A stretch of 64,000 bases of DNA from contig OZ024741.1 in NCBI GenBank assembly GCA_964016885.1, positions 26,226,001 through 26,290,000 of the forward strand, read 5' to 3'. A program made the translations under genes and the position numbers. The notes beneath the pieces were generated by a model that saw only the letters and a program-made list of their open reading frames with translations, was not told the origin of the DNA and searched no databases. This document shows, one piece after another, positions 12,033 to 25,299 of the stretch (positions are counted from its first letter, which is position 1; each line of letters begins with the position of its first letter). The stretch comes from Eledone cirrhosa (Eukaryota).

Positions 12033-15000
12033 CCCCAATTCAATGATGTTCCAGAACAATATAAAAGAGATAATTGGCAATTTAGGTTCTGGAACAAAAA
12101 AGATAATTGGCAATAAGGGCAGGGGCCCCAGGTTATCACAGCCTGGGCCTGCTCGTCATCGTGCCATTGTAATAGAGCCAAACAAGGCTGCTGGAACGTA
12201 CAGACGCTGCTTGACAGGGATTCCTTGGAGCGTCCTGAACGAATGACCGCTCTTGTTGCAAAGGAGCTTCGACGTTACAATCTTGACATCGTGGCTTTAT
12301 CTGAGACGAGGTTAGCTGGAGATGGTCATCTTATGGAATTTTGTGGGGAATATACATTCTTCTGAAAAGGAAGAGATGAAGAAACCAGAAGAGAGGCTGG
12401 GGTAGGATTTTCTGTTAAGACTGTTCTTGTGAATAAATTAGAAGAATTCCCAGTAGGGATTAGTGAGCATCTTATGTCCATGAGAATTCCGCTGGACAAA
12501 GGAAGATATGCGACCCTGGTGAGTGTGTATGCTCCAACTATGAATTCTGTCGATGAAGAAAAAGTGTCCTTTTACCATGCCTTGAAAGGTGTTATAAGAA
12601 ATATCCCTCAGGCAGACAAAGTCATCGTGCTTGGTGACTTTAATGCTAGAGTGGGTAGAGATTTTAACACATGGAATGTAATCGGAAGGCATGGGGTGGG
12701 AAAGTGTAACAACAATGGTATGCTCCTGCTGCAGATGTGTGAGGAGCTGGATCTGTGTGTTACCAACACCATGTTCCAACAAAAGAACAAATTCAAGACC
12801 ACATGGATGCATCCTGCATCCAAGGAATGGCATCTTTTGTCCTACGTCCTAGTCAGGATGCGTGACAGACAGGATGTGCAGTGTGTTCGTGCTCTTCGTG
12901 GAGCTGAGTGCTGGACGGACCACCGCCTGGTACGCGCAAAAGTGAAACTAATCACTAAACGTAAAATTCGGGCTCCTGGTGTTGCCCTGCCCAAAAGATT
13001 GAATGCTGCTTGTCTTAAGGATAAAAATGTGAAGAGGACATTGGAAGAAGAGATGCAGGCTGCAGATCTTGGTGAGGATTGGCCGACCCTTAAAAAGTCG
13101 GTTTATGATGTAGGCAGGCGTGTTCTGGGATTGGTGCAGAGAAAACATCAGGACTGGTTTAATGAGAATGATGTACATATAGAAGACTTGTTGGCTGATA
13201 AGAGGCGTGCTCTGTCACACTACTTGACGGCAAAACCACAGGAGAGGAATACATTGCATGAGGAACTCAAGGATGTAAAATCACGTGTTACGCAGAGTCT
13301 TTCTCAGATGAAGGATCAGTGGTGGAGTGAGAAGGCTGGTGAGATACAAACTGCGTCAGATTCCAATAACACAAAGCTGTTGTACAGTCTCTTGCGTGAG
13401 GTTTATGGACCGTCTTCTTCTCTGGTGACACCGCTTCGCAGCAAGGATGGCAAAGAACTTCGTGACTCACAAGGAATTCTATGAAGGTGGCGAGAGCACT
13501 TTGATGATCTTTTGAATCAGCCGTCTGTCGTCAGTGAAGATTTCCTCAATCTCATTCCAGAAAGTCCTGTGAAAGTAGCCCTCGCAGAACCTCCGACGCT
13601 TGTGGAGGTTGCAGTGGTTATCTCTAAGTTGAACAGTGGAAGGTCTCCAGGTATGGATGGCCTACATCCTGAGCTCCTACAATATGGTGGTGAGAGACTC
13701 CTGCAACATCTTCACTCTTTGTTTGGCGGGATATGGGCTAATGAATCCGTACCTGAGGACTGGAGAGATGCAGTAATGGTGGTCTTGTACAAGGGAAAGG
13801 GTAACAGGAATGATTGTGGGAACTACAGAGGTATAATATTTCTTTCTGTTGTAGGGAAAGTTTTATGTAGGGTGCTTCTGGACCGTCTGCTGACACACGT
13901 TGCAGATTGTGTTCTTCCTGAAAGTCAATCTGGTTTTCGTGCTGGACGCGGCACTACTGATATGATCTTCTCAGCTAGACAGCTCCAGGAGAAGTGCATT
14001 GAACAAGGCTTGGATCTGAATCAGGTTTTTGTCGATCTGACAAAAGCTTTCGATACTGTTAACAGAAATGCATTATGGAAGGTTCTCCAGAAACTTGGTT
14101 GCCCTGATAAGTTCCTTGCTTTAGTTAGGTCTTTCCATGACGACATGAAGGCTTGGGTTAATGTCGGGGGTAAGATGTCGGAGCCTATCTCAGTAAAAAA
14201 TGGAGTGAAACGGGGATATTCCAGCACCGACCCTGTTTGCCATATACTTTGCAATGGTTTTCTGTATTGCATTCAGGAATTGCGAGCATGGTGTTTACAT
14301 CCGATATCGAACCTCAGGCAGCATATTTAACATCAGGCGCTTTGCTGCAAAGACAAAAGTATTTACATCAATCATAAGAGACCTCTTGTATACAGATGAT
14401 TGCGATCTTGTAGCGCACACAGAGAGTGATATGCAGCACATTTTGAATGCATTTTCTGACGCTTGCACTGCCCTAGGATTGACTGTTACTCTCAAGAAAA
14501 CCGTCGTCATGTACCAACCTGCCCCTAGTAAGCAGTACACTGAACCAAATATCTATGTGTATGGTAAACGACTTGGAGTGGTTGATCAGTTTGTCTACCT
14601 GGGAAGCACTGTCAATTGATACAGCAACCTTGACAGTGAAATCTCACTTAGGATTAGGAAAGCAAGTGATGCTTTCGGAAAGCTAGAAAGGCGACTCTGG
14701 GGTCGGCGAGACATATGCAGGAGGACAAAGGAAAAGGTGTACAAGGCATGTGTGCTCTCTTGTCTTCTTTATGCCTGCGAGACCTGTGTCACATATCGAC
14801 ACCACCTTAAGCAATTGGAGCGTTTCCATCAGATGTGTCTCAGACGGATCCATGGTGTTCACTGGAGGGACCACATCAGTGATGTCGAGATTTTGGAAAG
14901 CTCTATGTGTGACAGTATAGAAGCTCTTGTGCTTAAGCAACAACTCCGTTGGAGTGGTCACCTTGCCATGATGAAGGATTCTAGAATACCAAAACAACTC

Positions 15001-15817
15001 TTTTATGGAGAGTTGGTTAAAGGAAAACGACCGCCACATAAACCAAAAAAGAGGTATAAGGATTCCTTGAAAGTCTCTTTGAAAGATGCTAACATCTCTG
15101 CTGATACATGGGAAAATATTGCTGCTGATCGTAATAAATGGAGAAAGACTATATATGAGGGAAAAGTTGCTTTTGAGGCATCTCGAATCGCATACGAGAA
15201 AGTAAAGTGGGATGTGAGGAAGAGCATTGCTGTTGCACTTCCAGACGGCGAGGCTCCTCCTATGGTGCTGACATGCAGCGTCTGTGCGAGACTCTGCCTA
15301 AGCAAAGCTGGACTCGAAAGTCATCTTCGCAGTCATAAAGTAAGACCAGTGGTTGACTACCAGACTGCTGTTGGAGATGCTACTCATCATGCTTGCCAAA
15401 CATGTGGTAGAGAATGTAAATCAGCAGGAGGGCTCAAGCGATATGCAAAAGTACATGAACTCCAACCACAGCCGACTATTGTCAGTGAATGTTTTGGTTG
15501 CCGACTCTGTGCAAGACATTTTAGATCATTGGCTGGGCTAAAAAGCCACATTCGATCGCAGCGCTGTTAGTTGCTATCGTGTGTGTGTGCGTGTGTGTGT
15601 ATATATATATATGTATATGTATATTATTGTTGTTGTTGTCATTATTATTATTGTTATTAATGTATGTGTGTATGTATATATATATATGTGTGTATGTATG
15701 TATGTGTGTGTGTATATATATATTTATTTTTTAATTTTTTTTAATTTTTTATTTATTTATTTTTTTTTTTTTCTCCTCGTGCAATGGCCATACTCGATAA
15801 CGAGGGGGCAGCCATCA
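12033..15817 (+). mobile_element. RTE-BovB-type LINE, near full length
   Basis: Single APE-RT ORF remnant. The 3'UTR has microsatellite expansions and a terminal CTCG...CGAG stem at about 15794-15803. Confidence 0.88.
12189..15570 (+). pseudogene. BovB-type ORF (endonuclease, RT, three C2H2-like fingers), several stops and frameshifts
   Basis: CWNVQTLLD..ERPER.TALVAKELRRYNLDIVALSETR, SVYAPT, GDFNARVG, TWMHP, CWTDHRLV, LPESQSGFRAGRGTTDMIF, DLTKAFD, LLYTDD, QLRWSGH, RIPKQLFYGEL. Confidence 0.92.
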
Positions 15818-16027
15818 TATATATATATCTGGTAGTGTTTTCAATGCTCAGAGAGTGTGATTGGTCAATGTGCAAGGCCTTTCCCCACTTAAAAAACCTT
15901 CAAAGCACAGGCATTGGTTGTTCAGGATCTGTTACAGGTTCATGTGGCTGCCTGTAGCCTATAGGTGCACCATTTTCTGTAATCTGACAAGCAATTGCAG
16001 TAGTTTTAGCAGAGTTTGCAGCCACCA

Positions 16028-16141
16028 TATATATATGTGTGTATATATATATATGTGTGTGTGTATGTATGTATACATGTATAGATATGTATATATGTAT
16101 GTGTGTATATATATGTATATGTGTGTGTATATATATATATA

Positions 16142-16194
<53 letters not shown>

Positions 16195-16380
16195 ATATAT
16201 ATATATATGTGTGTGTGTGTGTATATGTATGTGTGTGTGTATATGTATAGATATGTGTGTGTATATATATATATGTGTATGTATATGTGTATATATATGT
16301 ATGTGTATATGTGTGTATATATATATGTATATGTGTGTGTGTATATATATGTGTGTATGTCTATATGTACTGTATATACA
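16028..16380. repeat. Compound (TA)n/(TG)n microsatellite; similar short tracts at 5040-5107, 6008-6180, 15580-15725 and 16708-16802
   Basis: Direct inspection; these tracts are the source of the spurious YI/CV ORFs. Confidence 0.97.
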
Positions 16381-16749
16381 TGCAGTCCTTGTAACTGTCC
16401 TGTTATCTTGCCTTGGCTTGTCACTGGACACATAGCTGCTGGAATGAAGTGGCTGCTATGTCTGTAGCACAAGCACGTAGCCTTGCCATCTTTACGTGCA
16501 GATATTTCTTCACTGTTAACCTGAACAGCAATATGTTTCAGCAGAGTCTTGAGCATCTGAGCAGCCCTTTTTGGGGAAGAAAAAGTGACCTAAACTAAGC
16601 TTGTACAGTCATTAAAGTGGTGAGCAGCCTGCAGTTGGCGGTGGTTCATAGTAGCTAGGAATTTGTTGAAGAGATGGCCATCTTCTGTAAAGAAGTGGCA
16701 GTTATCATACATATATATATATATCACACACATACATATATATATATCT

Positions 16750-16802
<53 letters not shown>

Positions 16803-16805
<3 letters not shown>

Positions 16806-18655
16806 AAGTCGTACAGAATGGGGTTGTTCCGAAGGACTGGCATAGCAGCATCATCGTTAACTGTTATAAGGGTAAAGGAGATGCCCTAGATAGGAGTAAC
16901 TATAGAGGCATTAAATTAATCGACCAGGTCATGAAGGTCACGGAAAAAGTAATAGCGCAACTAATCAGAGAGAGAATTGACCTAGATGAAATGCAGTTCG
17001 GGTTTGTGTCAGGCAAAAGTACCACAGACGCTCTTTTCATAGTACGACAACTATAGGAGAAGTACCTAGCTAAAGGTAAACCCCTCTACTTAGCTTTTGT
17101 CGACTTGGAGAAAGCCTTCGAGGGCTATACAAGCCATGTATAAAGAAACAGTCAGCAAGGTTAGAATTAACAACGAATATAGTGAAGAGTTTAGCGTAAA
17201 AGTTGGCGTCCATCAGGGCTCTGTTCTCAGCCCTCTACTATTTATTATTGCCCTTCAGGCTATAACAGAGGAGTTCAAGACAGGCTGCCCATGGGAACTC
17301 CTATACGCAGACGACCTGACACTCATAGCGGAATCAATGGCTGAGCTAGAGAAGAAATTCCAAACATGGAAGCACGGCCTAGAGTCAAAAGGACTTAAAA
17401 TTAACCTGGCTAAGACCAAAGTTCTAGTTTGTAGGAAAGAAAACAAGGCGGCGGTCCCTTCTGGGAAATGGTCGTGCTCGGTGTGTAGGAAAGGCGTAGG
17501 TAGAAACTCCATTTTATGTCCTAAATGCAAAGTATGGGTGCATAAAAGATGTAGTGGGATCACAGGTAAGCTAACTAAGAACATAGATTTTACATGTGGC
17601 CGGTGTTCTGGTGCAATAAGTTGCAGCAAGGGCCCACAAAATACTAGCTCTTTCAATTGCGCAGAGGGTTCTATAGAAATAGGGGACAGCTTCCGTTACC
17701 TGGGCGATAAAATCAGCAGTGGGGGAGGGTGCTCTGAAAGTACTGTAGCTAGAGTCAGAACTGGTTGGAAAAAGTTCAGAGAGCTTATACCACTATTAGC
17801 TGCTAAAGGGTTCTCCCTAAAAATGAAAGGCAGGTTGTACGATGCCTGCATACGAACAGCAATGTTGCATGGCAGTGAGACCTGGGCATTGTGTGCAGAG
17901 GATATACGCAGACTAGAGAGGAACGAAGCTTGCATGCTCCGCTGGATGTGTAACAGTAATATACGTGAACGGCAAAGCATAAACGAACTAAGGAAAAAAT
18001 TAGAGATAAGAGGGATCAGATGTTGTTTACTCGAGAGAAGGCTACGTTGGTATGGACACGTGATGCGCATGAAAGTCGATAGCTGTATAACAAAGTGCAG
18101 GGCAATAAAGATAGACGGTAGTCACGGAATAGGCAGACCTAGAAAAACCTGGGACGAGCTGATAAACTCCGACATCACACACTTACACCTCTCCAAGACA
18201 ATGTCACTGGACCAAGACCTTTGGCGGTACTCAGTAACAGAGAAGACCCGCCTTACCTAAATATATAGTAAAACCTACTCCAGCCAGTAGGCATCTCTAA
18301 CAAAATACACCCCGTCCCACCACCACCACCCCCACCCCATCCACACCACCCCGTTCTATGTAAAGTTATGTTGGTGCCGCGCCATCCAGGCCAAAACAAA
18401 TGAGATCGTGTAGGTGTCACGACAAAAAACACACAGTCCACGCTGTAATGTGGCCGTGTAGGCAACACGGTAAAAACCTCCCAGACCCACACTGTAAATG
18501 TGGTTGGTGTTAGGAAGGGCATCCAACTGTAGAAAACCTGCCAGACAGTCCTATGCGAGCAAGACAAACACTCTTGCCTCAAGTGGGACTACCCCCGTCC
18601 AAACCCATGCAAGCGTGGAACACGGACGTTAAACGTTGATGATGATGATGATGAT
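16803..18655 (+). mobile_element. RTE LINE (PHD-in-RT family), 5'-truncated, with complete 3'UTR and (GAT)n tail
   Basis: ORF 17097-18260 has YADD, PHD and RLRWYGHV. A short internal deletion lies at about 17120 (KAFD to RAIQ) and a TAG at about 17054. Confidence 0.95.
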
Positions 18656-18815
18656 ATATATATATAGATTTTGAGTATATGTTGGTTGTATACCAACACC
18701 TCAGTATGCAGGTTGGAGCACTCGACGAAGTGCGCAGGTTGGTTTGGTTACTCCGGAGTAATGTAAAATAAAGTTAAATAAAAAGTCAAATGTTTAAAAT
18801 TTACCTTCGTTTATT

Positions 18816-18870
18816 ACTGCTATATATATTTCAGTGACAGCCATCTTTGGCTGTGACCTCTTCAGGCAGT
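18816..18870 (-). ncRNA. Type-I hammerhead ribozyme (family A)
   Basis: Reverse complement of 19563-19617. Confidence 0.8.
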
Positions 18871-19562
18871 CCGAATTAGTGTGGTATAGACAAGTACATA
18901 TGTTGTTGAGGTGTATAATTTTGTCAATACTCTGATATGTCCAGTTCCTGGTTAGGTTGTTATTTCTCTGAGGAACTGGAATCATATGAATTCAAACAAA
19001 CGAATTTCAGTGTCAAAGGGCCTCTTCTCCTCTCATTGGTCAGTTGTTAGAACATTCCTCATTCTAAGTGTTGTTATTGTTGGAGTTAGCTTAAAAAATT
19101 GATTAAGTGGTAGAAGGAACAAGGTGGTAAAGGAACAAAATAACAAAAAAAAAGTGTCAAACTTCCCATTGGTCAGTTTTGAGAGCATTCCTCAGTAAGA
19201 AGTCTATAGAATTCTTTCTGGGGTGAGGCTCCCTGTAGTGTTTGTGTTTGCTATTGTTAAGTACATTTGACTTCTACCATTATTTCGGTAGTGTTGTTGG
19301 TGTTGTGGTCAGCTTATGTCTTGCTGCTGCTGACAATTTAGAAGTATCTGTGTGTGTTTTTTCTTCATCCCTCCTGCCACCATCTCTCATAGTGGTGGTG
19401 GTGGTGGGGGGGGGGCGTGTTCTTCCATGTATATGAAGAAATATAAGGCTATTCCAGTTCCTCAGAGAAATAACAACCTAACCAGGAACTGGACATATCA
19501 GAGTATTGACAAAATTATACACCTCAACAACATATGTACTTGTCTATACCACACTAATTTGG

Positions 19563-19617
19563 ACTGCCTGAAGAGGTCACAGCCAAAGATGGCTGTCACT
19601 GAAATATATATAGCAGT
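19563..19617 (+). ncRNA. Type-I hammerhead ribozyme (family A)
   Basis: ACUGC-CUGAAGA-GGUcACAGCCA(AAGA)UGGCUGUcACU-GAAA-UAUAUA-UA/GCAGU: stem I ACUGC/GCAGU, conserved core, minimal palindromic stem III. Confidence 0.82.
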
Positions 19618-19662
19618 AATAAACGAAGCTAAATTTTAAACATTTGACTTTTTATTTAACTT

Positions 19663-19730
<68 letters not shown>

Positions 19731-19733
<3 letters not shown>

Positions 19734-20550
19734 ATGATGCCTGTATACGAACAACAATGTTACATGGCAGTGAGACATGGGCATTGTGTGCAGAGGAGAG
19801 GATCTGCGCAGACTGGAAAGGAACAAAGCATGCATGCTCAGTTGGATGTGTAATAGTAATATATGCAAATGGCAAAACATAAATGAACTAAGTGAGAAAT
19901 CAGGAATAAAAGGGATCAGATGCTGTTTACTTGAGAGAAGACTACATTGGTATGGTCACATGATGCGCATGAAAAACGACAGCTGTATAAAAAAGTGCAG
20001 GGTGATCAAAATTGATGGTAGTTACAGAGTAGGTAGACCCAGAAAAACCTGGGACAATTTGATAAATTCCAACCTTACACACTTGCACCTCTCTAAGACA
20101 ATGTCACTGGACCGAGATCTTTGGCGCCACGCAGTAATACAGAAGACCCGCCTTACCTATATACAAAGCGAAACCTACAGTCAGTAGGCACCTCTTAACC
20201 AAACATACACCCCAACCCACTACCCCTACTCCATCCTCCCACTCCCACCAACACCACCCTTTCTCTGTAAAGTTATGTTGGTACCACAACATTCAGTAGA
20301 AACTAATGAGGTCGTGTAGGTGTCATGACAAAAAACACACAGTCCATGCTGTAATGTGGCCGTGTAGGTAACACGGTAAAAAGCTCCCAATCCACACTGT
20401 AAATGTAGTTGGTGTTAGGAAGGGCATCTAGCCATAGAAAACCTACCAGATAGTCCCATACGACCGAGACACAGTCACCTGACCAATCTTGCCTCAAGTG
20501 GGACAATTCGTGGAAGATAGACGTTAAGCGATGGTGATGATGATGGTGAT
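19731..20550 (+). mobile_element. Older RTE 3' fragment with (GAT)n tail
   Basis: ORF 19777-20187 (RRLERNKACML, RLHWYGHMMR, GRPRKTW) plus the family 3'UTR. Confidence 0.9.
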
Positions 20551-21001
20551 ATATATATAAGATCAACAGGGAAATCTGCAACAGGCTGACAAAGGCTAGC
20601 AGTACATTTGGTAATACTGTACAACCACCTAACTGGGTTGATTGGATGCTCTTCATCCTGGTACTAACATTTACCACTTATTGACACTAGGGTGCTCATT
20701 ATGTCATCCTTGGCTGTGCTGGCAACGCATTGATGGCTACGAGAAAGATGAGAGCGTGGATTGAGGGGAAAGATGCATGTTGCTTGTCATAATTTACTGG
20801 CAAAATGTTCATTTTGTGATAATATTTATCATTATTTGTATGTTATATTTTGGAAATGTTCTGCCATTTCTTATGGAATTAATCTGGTAATCATGGAAAC
20901 ACTGATGTTGTTGTAAATATTGATGGTTTTTGTTGTTATTGTTTTATCCCCTGAAATGAGCCGACCTGTGATCTGGAACATTCCAGCTCTGTATTTTAGT
21001 G

Positions 21002-21340
21002 TACTCTCGGACTCCAAATAATAAGGAGTGAAGGGGGTGAAATTATATTTTTATTAAAAGATGATACATTGTGTATATCATCAAAATCCATCCGTGTCCT
21101 ATACTAAAATACTTTCAGGTCACAAATAATAGGGTGGGGAAGTAATTTTCCTAGGTTGTCTGTTTATTTTAAAAAAAAAAAAATTAGTTGGTTAGTTTAC
21201 ATATTGAGACCCCAATCCATCCTATTTATTTTATAACGTATGGGATTTCTAGTAATGTATTTTTTTTTGTCATGTATCATGTTTTTTTAATGTATAAAAA
21301 AAGTTAATTGTTGCAGGAATGCTACCACTTATAAAACTTT
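21002..21340 (+). mobile_element. Non-autonomous DNA-transposon-like repeat; second copy at about 32740-33129
   Basis: Shared ATACTAAAATACT.TCAGGTCACAAATAAT...GGAATGCTACCACTT. The left end TACTCTCGGACTCCAAATAAT matches, in inverted form, the right end of the second copy (ATTATTCAAGACCTCAGAGTA). Confidence 0.55.
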
Positions 21341-21849
21341 GCTGGAGATAGATTAACAAAATTAAAAAGCAGGGCTTATATAATGATTGTATTATGTTGT
21401 CATTCTTCTCACAGCATCATATAGAGCAGATTTGGCTACTATTTACAACCGATCAATCAGATATCCCTCTTACCATTATATGTGCTAAGATGTTGATGTT
21501 ATTTGTGATGGCAATAAGGATGCAGATGGCTAGAATCGTTAGAGAATCAGAAGAAAAAAAACGTAGTATTCCACAATGATCTGTGTTCAAATCCTGCTGA
21601 GGTCGACTTTGCTTTTCATCCTACAACAGGTCATTAATATAAAGTACTAAGTCCTGAAGTCTATATTATCAACTGTTACCAAAGTCCAAATTTCTAGTTT
21701 TGTGTCTTTTTAAAAAAATCATTATTTTCGTTTATTTAATCTCAGGAGAGCGGCAGGTTGGTAGAGTTTTATAAGCTCTCTCTCACACACACCTCGCTCC
21801 ATCTCCCCCCTTCTCTTCTCTCTCCTCTCTCACTCCCCCTCTCCAATGT

Positions 21850-22010
21850 CAGCTTAGCAATATCGGTAGAGCACCGGACAACGTTTTATGGCATAGAGTT
21901 ACGGTCCTTTACGATCTGAGGTCAAATCCTGTCGAGGTTGGCTTTGCCTTTCATCTTTACGGGGTCGATAAAATAAAGTACCAGTAATGCACTGCAGTAG
22001 ATTTAATCGA
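21850..22010 (+). mobile_element. tRNA-derived SINE (GCCTTTCATCC family); other copies at about 21520-21650 and 23505-23670
   Basis: GAGGTCAAATCC B-box, TTTGCCTTTCATCTTTACGGGGTCGATAAAATAAAGTACCAG. Confidence 0.8.
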
Positions 22011-22019
22011 CTTTTTGAC

Positions 22020-22541
22020 AGAATCAAAGATTTCCAACAAAATTTAAATTTTCATTGTTTTTGTTTATCTCTTATTACTTTTATTTAAACCATAAGATGA
22101 ACATATTTTAAATACCAAAGAGTAAAAGAAAATTCAATGAAATAATCCACACTAACAGACGAGAACTTTAAAAAAATAGTAGATCATAAGGGCCATTTCA
22201 TCACTTTCTACCTAACCCAAATCAAGACACCTTTGAGGTAGCAAATGACTAGATTCTCATCTAGAGGTACAGTTGAAACTTCGGACCTCCATGTTGCAAC
22301 CAATACTTTCCTACAAGTAGTCACAACGATGCCAATAAAGGATGTTAGCCTTAAAATTACATTTTTTCCTGTTTTTTTTTTTTTAGGGTGGGGGTGGAGG
22401 GTAGATAATTAGAACATAGTAATTAGATTTTTACAAAATAATATAGATTTTAAGAATATATAATTATGGTTCCTTGAATGCCGCCTTATATTACAAGCAA
22501 CTTATTGTGGCCTTCCTGCGTGAAAAGTTTCCCTACCTCTG
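22020..22541 (+). mobile_element. hAT (Charlie/SPIN-like) non-autonomous element
   Basis: Remnant transposase C-terminus FYLTQIKTPLR*QMT.DSHLEVQLKLRTSMLQP and a right TIR AAGTTTCCCTACCTCTG. Homologous to 60303-60757 and 62295-62592. Confidence 0.7.
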
Positions 22542-24004
22542 GTCTAGCTTATGTCCCCTTCACTCCTTATGCTTATAGAATTTGTTTCTCTCGGGGAGAT
22601 AACTCTGGCGTAGTGCAAAACGTTTCTTAGTCCTTTCTGTTATGGGAATTATCTCCCTTACCTCCCTCACAAAAAATTCGGTTTTTAAAATTCATCGCTT
22701 TTATATCTTGGTCATGGTACCAATTAGTCGGTTTTTGTACGCGTTGGACTGTCATTATCACTAATCCCTCTGCCTACCTCTTTTATTGCTACTACAGAAT
22801 AATCTATTAACCCTTGCTGTGAATATTATTTCGAGTTTTAGTAGATATTATAATCGTCACTTTTTTTTAAATTCACAGTTGTATAAATAACATTTCAAAT
22901 TGTTCACAATTCTTACAGAATGAAAGTATAAACACATATAATAAATACAATTAACTATTGCTAGGAACTTTATAAATATAACGCCCCGTAATATACGATT
23001 AAAACGAGAGAAAGAAAGAAAAAAAAGGGTAACAAAAACGACTATCGTCGTTACGATCGAAGACTAGACTGGACAGGGAACCACGTCTTGACTCTTACAT
23101 TCCATATTTGGCATGGTTTCTACGGTTGTGTGTATTTCATCGTGACACCATCACTGCCACTTTACAGAGTACGGTGGGTGCATTTTATAATGGTACCAGC
23201 ACTTTATCACATGCTCTCTAGGTAAGCTGTATGCAATCATGGGATGGTACCTGCTCTACATTACTCACACATCTAGGACCGTACTGCTACACATACACAC
23301 GTAGACATGGTTAAGTTTAGTGTTAACATATTTAATGTAGTGAGAATTAAAAAGCTAATTAGAAATATTTGATTATGAGGTGAGGAAAAACACAAATAGA
23401 ATATGACGAATATTATTTTATTTTGATGTTTGACTGCATCCAAAAGATGGTGACCCAGTCTATTAGCAAAAACTCATTTACCAACTTACTATTTCTATAG
23501 GAAAACGGCAAATTGGCAGAGAAGTTAGAAAGTTAGAGAGAATGCTTTTTGGTATTTGTGTCAGCTCTCTGCACTCTGAGTGCAAATCCCGCCAAGGTCA
23601 ACTTTGCCTTTGATCCTTTTAAGTTCGATATAAAAAAAAAAAGTACCAGTTCAGTACTGGGGTCGATTCTTCCTCAATATCTCTTTCTCTTTTCATCTTT
23701 AGAAGAAATCAGTTGTGTTTAAACCTGTAGAAAGGATGGGCTCCACTAGGTCTAAAAGGACTAAGAATGTCACTATGGCACCCCTGTGACCCATCCAGAG
23801 TTACAGATCTAAAAAAAAAAAATATCTACTCGCTCATAGATATGATCTATTATCTTCCTCTACTGCAATATTTGCTCAGGTATATCCACTGCACCACTAC
23901 ACCTCCACACTTTGATCTTGCACTAAATAATTCACTAGAACATGCTGGCATTTCTTCTCCAACCCAGGTTTTTCCAGCAGTTGTAAGTAGTGTGAGGATA
24001 AGGT

Positions 24005-25095
24005 CACAGTGGTGAGCAACGGGGTATAGTGTAACAGTGATTAGCAACAGGGTATAGTTTAACAGTGGTGAGCAACAGGGTATAGTGTAACAATGATTAG
24101 CAACAGGGTATAGTTTAACAGTGGTGAGCAACGGGGTATAGTGTAACAGTGGTGAGCAACAGGGTATAGTGTAACAGTGATTAGCAACAGGGTATAGTTT
24201 AACAGTGGTGAGCAACAGGGTATAGTGTAACAGTGATTAGCAACAGGGTATAGTTTAACAGTGGTGAGCAACAGGGTATAGTGTAACAGTGGTGAGCAAC
24301 AGGGTATAGTGTAACAGTGATTAGCAACAGGGTATAGTTTAACAGTGGTGAGCAACAGGGTATAGTGTAACAGTGATTAGCAACAGGGTATAGTTTAACA
24401 GTGGTGAGCAACAGGGTATAGTTTAACAGTGATTAGCAACAGGGTATAGTTTAACAGTGGTGAGCAACAGGGTATAGTGTAACAGTGGTGAGCAACAGGG
24501 TATAGTGTAACAGTGATTAGCAACAGGGTATAGTTTAACAGTGGTGAGAAACGGGTATAGTGTAACAGTGATTAGCAACAGGGTATAGTTTAACAGTGGT
24601 GAGCAACGGGGTATAGTGTAACAGTGATTAGCAACAGGGTATAGTTTAACAGTGGTGAGCAACAGGGTATAGTGTAACAGTGATTAGCAACAGGGTATAG
24701 TTTAACAGTGGTGAGCAACAGGGTATAGTGTAACAGTGATTAGCAACAGGGTATAGTTTAACAGTGGTGAGCAACAGGGTATAGTGTAACTGGTTAGCAA
24801 CAGAGTATAGTGTAACAGTGGTTAGCAACAGCGTGTGGTGTCTTACAGTGGTTAGCAACAGGGAGTGGTATCTTACAGTGGTTAGCAACAGGGTATAGTG
24901 TAACAGTCATTAGCAACAGAGTATAGTGTAACAGTGGTTAGCAACAGCGTGTGGTGTCTTACAGTGGTTAGCAACAGGGTATAGTGTTACAGTGGTTAGC
25001 AACAGAGTATAGTGTTACAGTGATTAGCAACAGGGTATAGTGTTACAGTGATTAGCAACAGGGTATAGTGTTACAGTGGTTAGCAACAGGGTGTG
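24005..25095. repeat. 28-bp minisatellite, about 38 copies
   Basis: Unit AACAGTG(GTG/ATT)AGCAACAGGGTATAGT(G/T)T. Confidence 0.97.
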
Positions 25096-25299
25096 GTGTG
25101 AGGTACCATGTAAAATATGTCAACATGGTAATGAAGTAGGCTATCTGGAATGGTAGGTTTTTACTATTTAAAACTTCATTTAATTCATTATCTTCTCTTT
25201 TTCCCACATTGCTTTTATCAATATGGTTGAGGCGATGGTGGTGTGACAGTCATGTTGGAATCTGGTGTAATGTGGTGGGGGTGTGATAGTTAGGTTGGA

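Larger units (their letters stand above)
18668..19669. mobile_element. Penelope-like element remnant: 219-bp inverted terminal repeats each carrying a hammerhead
   Basis: Arms 18764-18982 and 19451-19669 are reverse complements with only 2 visible mismatches. Each has a hammerhead followed by AATAAA. Confidence 0.8.

Noticed and set aside
15773-15813. HDV-like ribozyme suggested by TCCTCGT
   Set aside because: Could not assemble the nested double pseudoknot; better explained as the BovB-type 3' terminal stem-loop.
15830-16700. Possible minus-strand exons around the microsatellite
   Set aside because: No convincing splice-site pair or recognisable protein motif; probably decayed TE. Small exons elsewhere cannot be excluded by eye.
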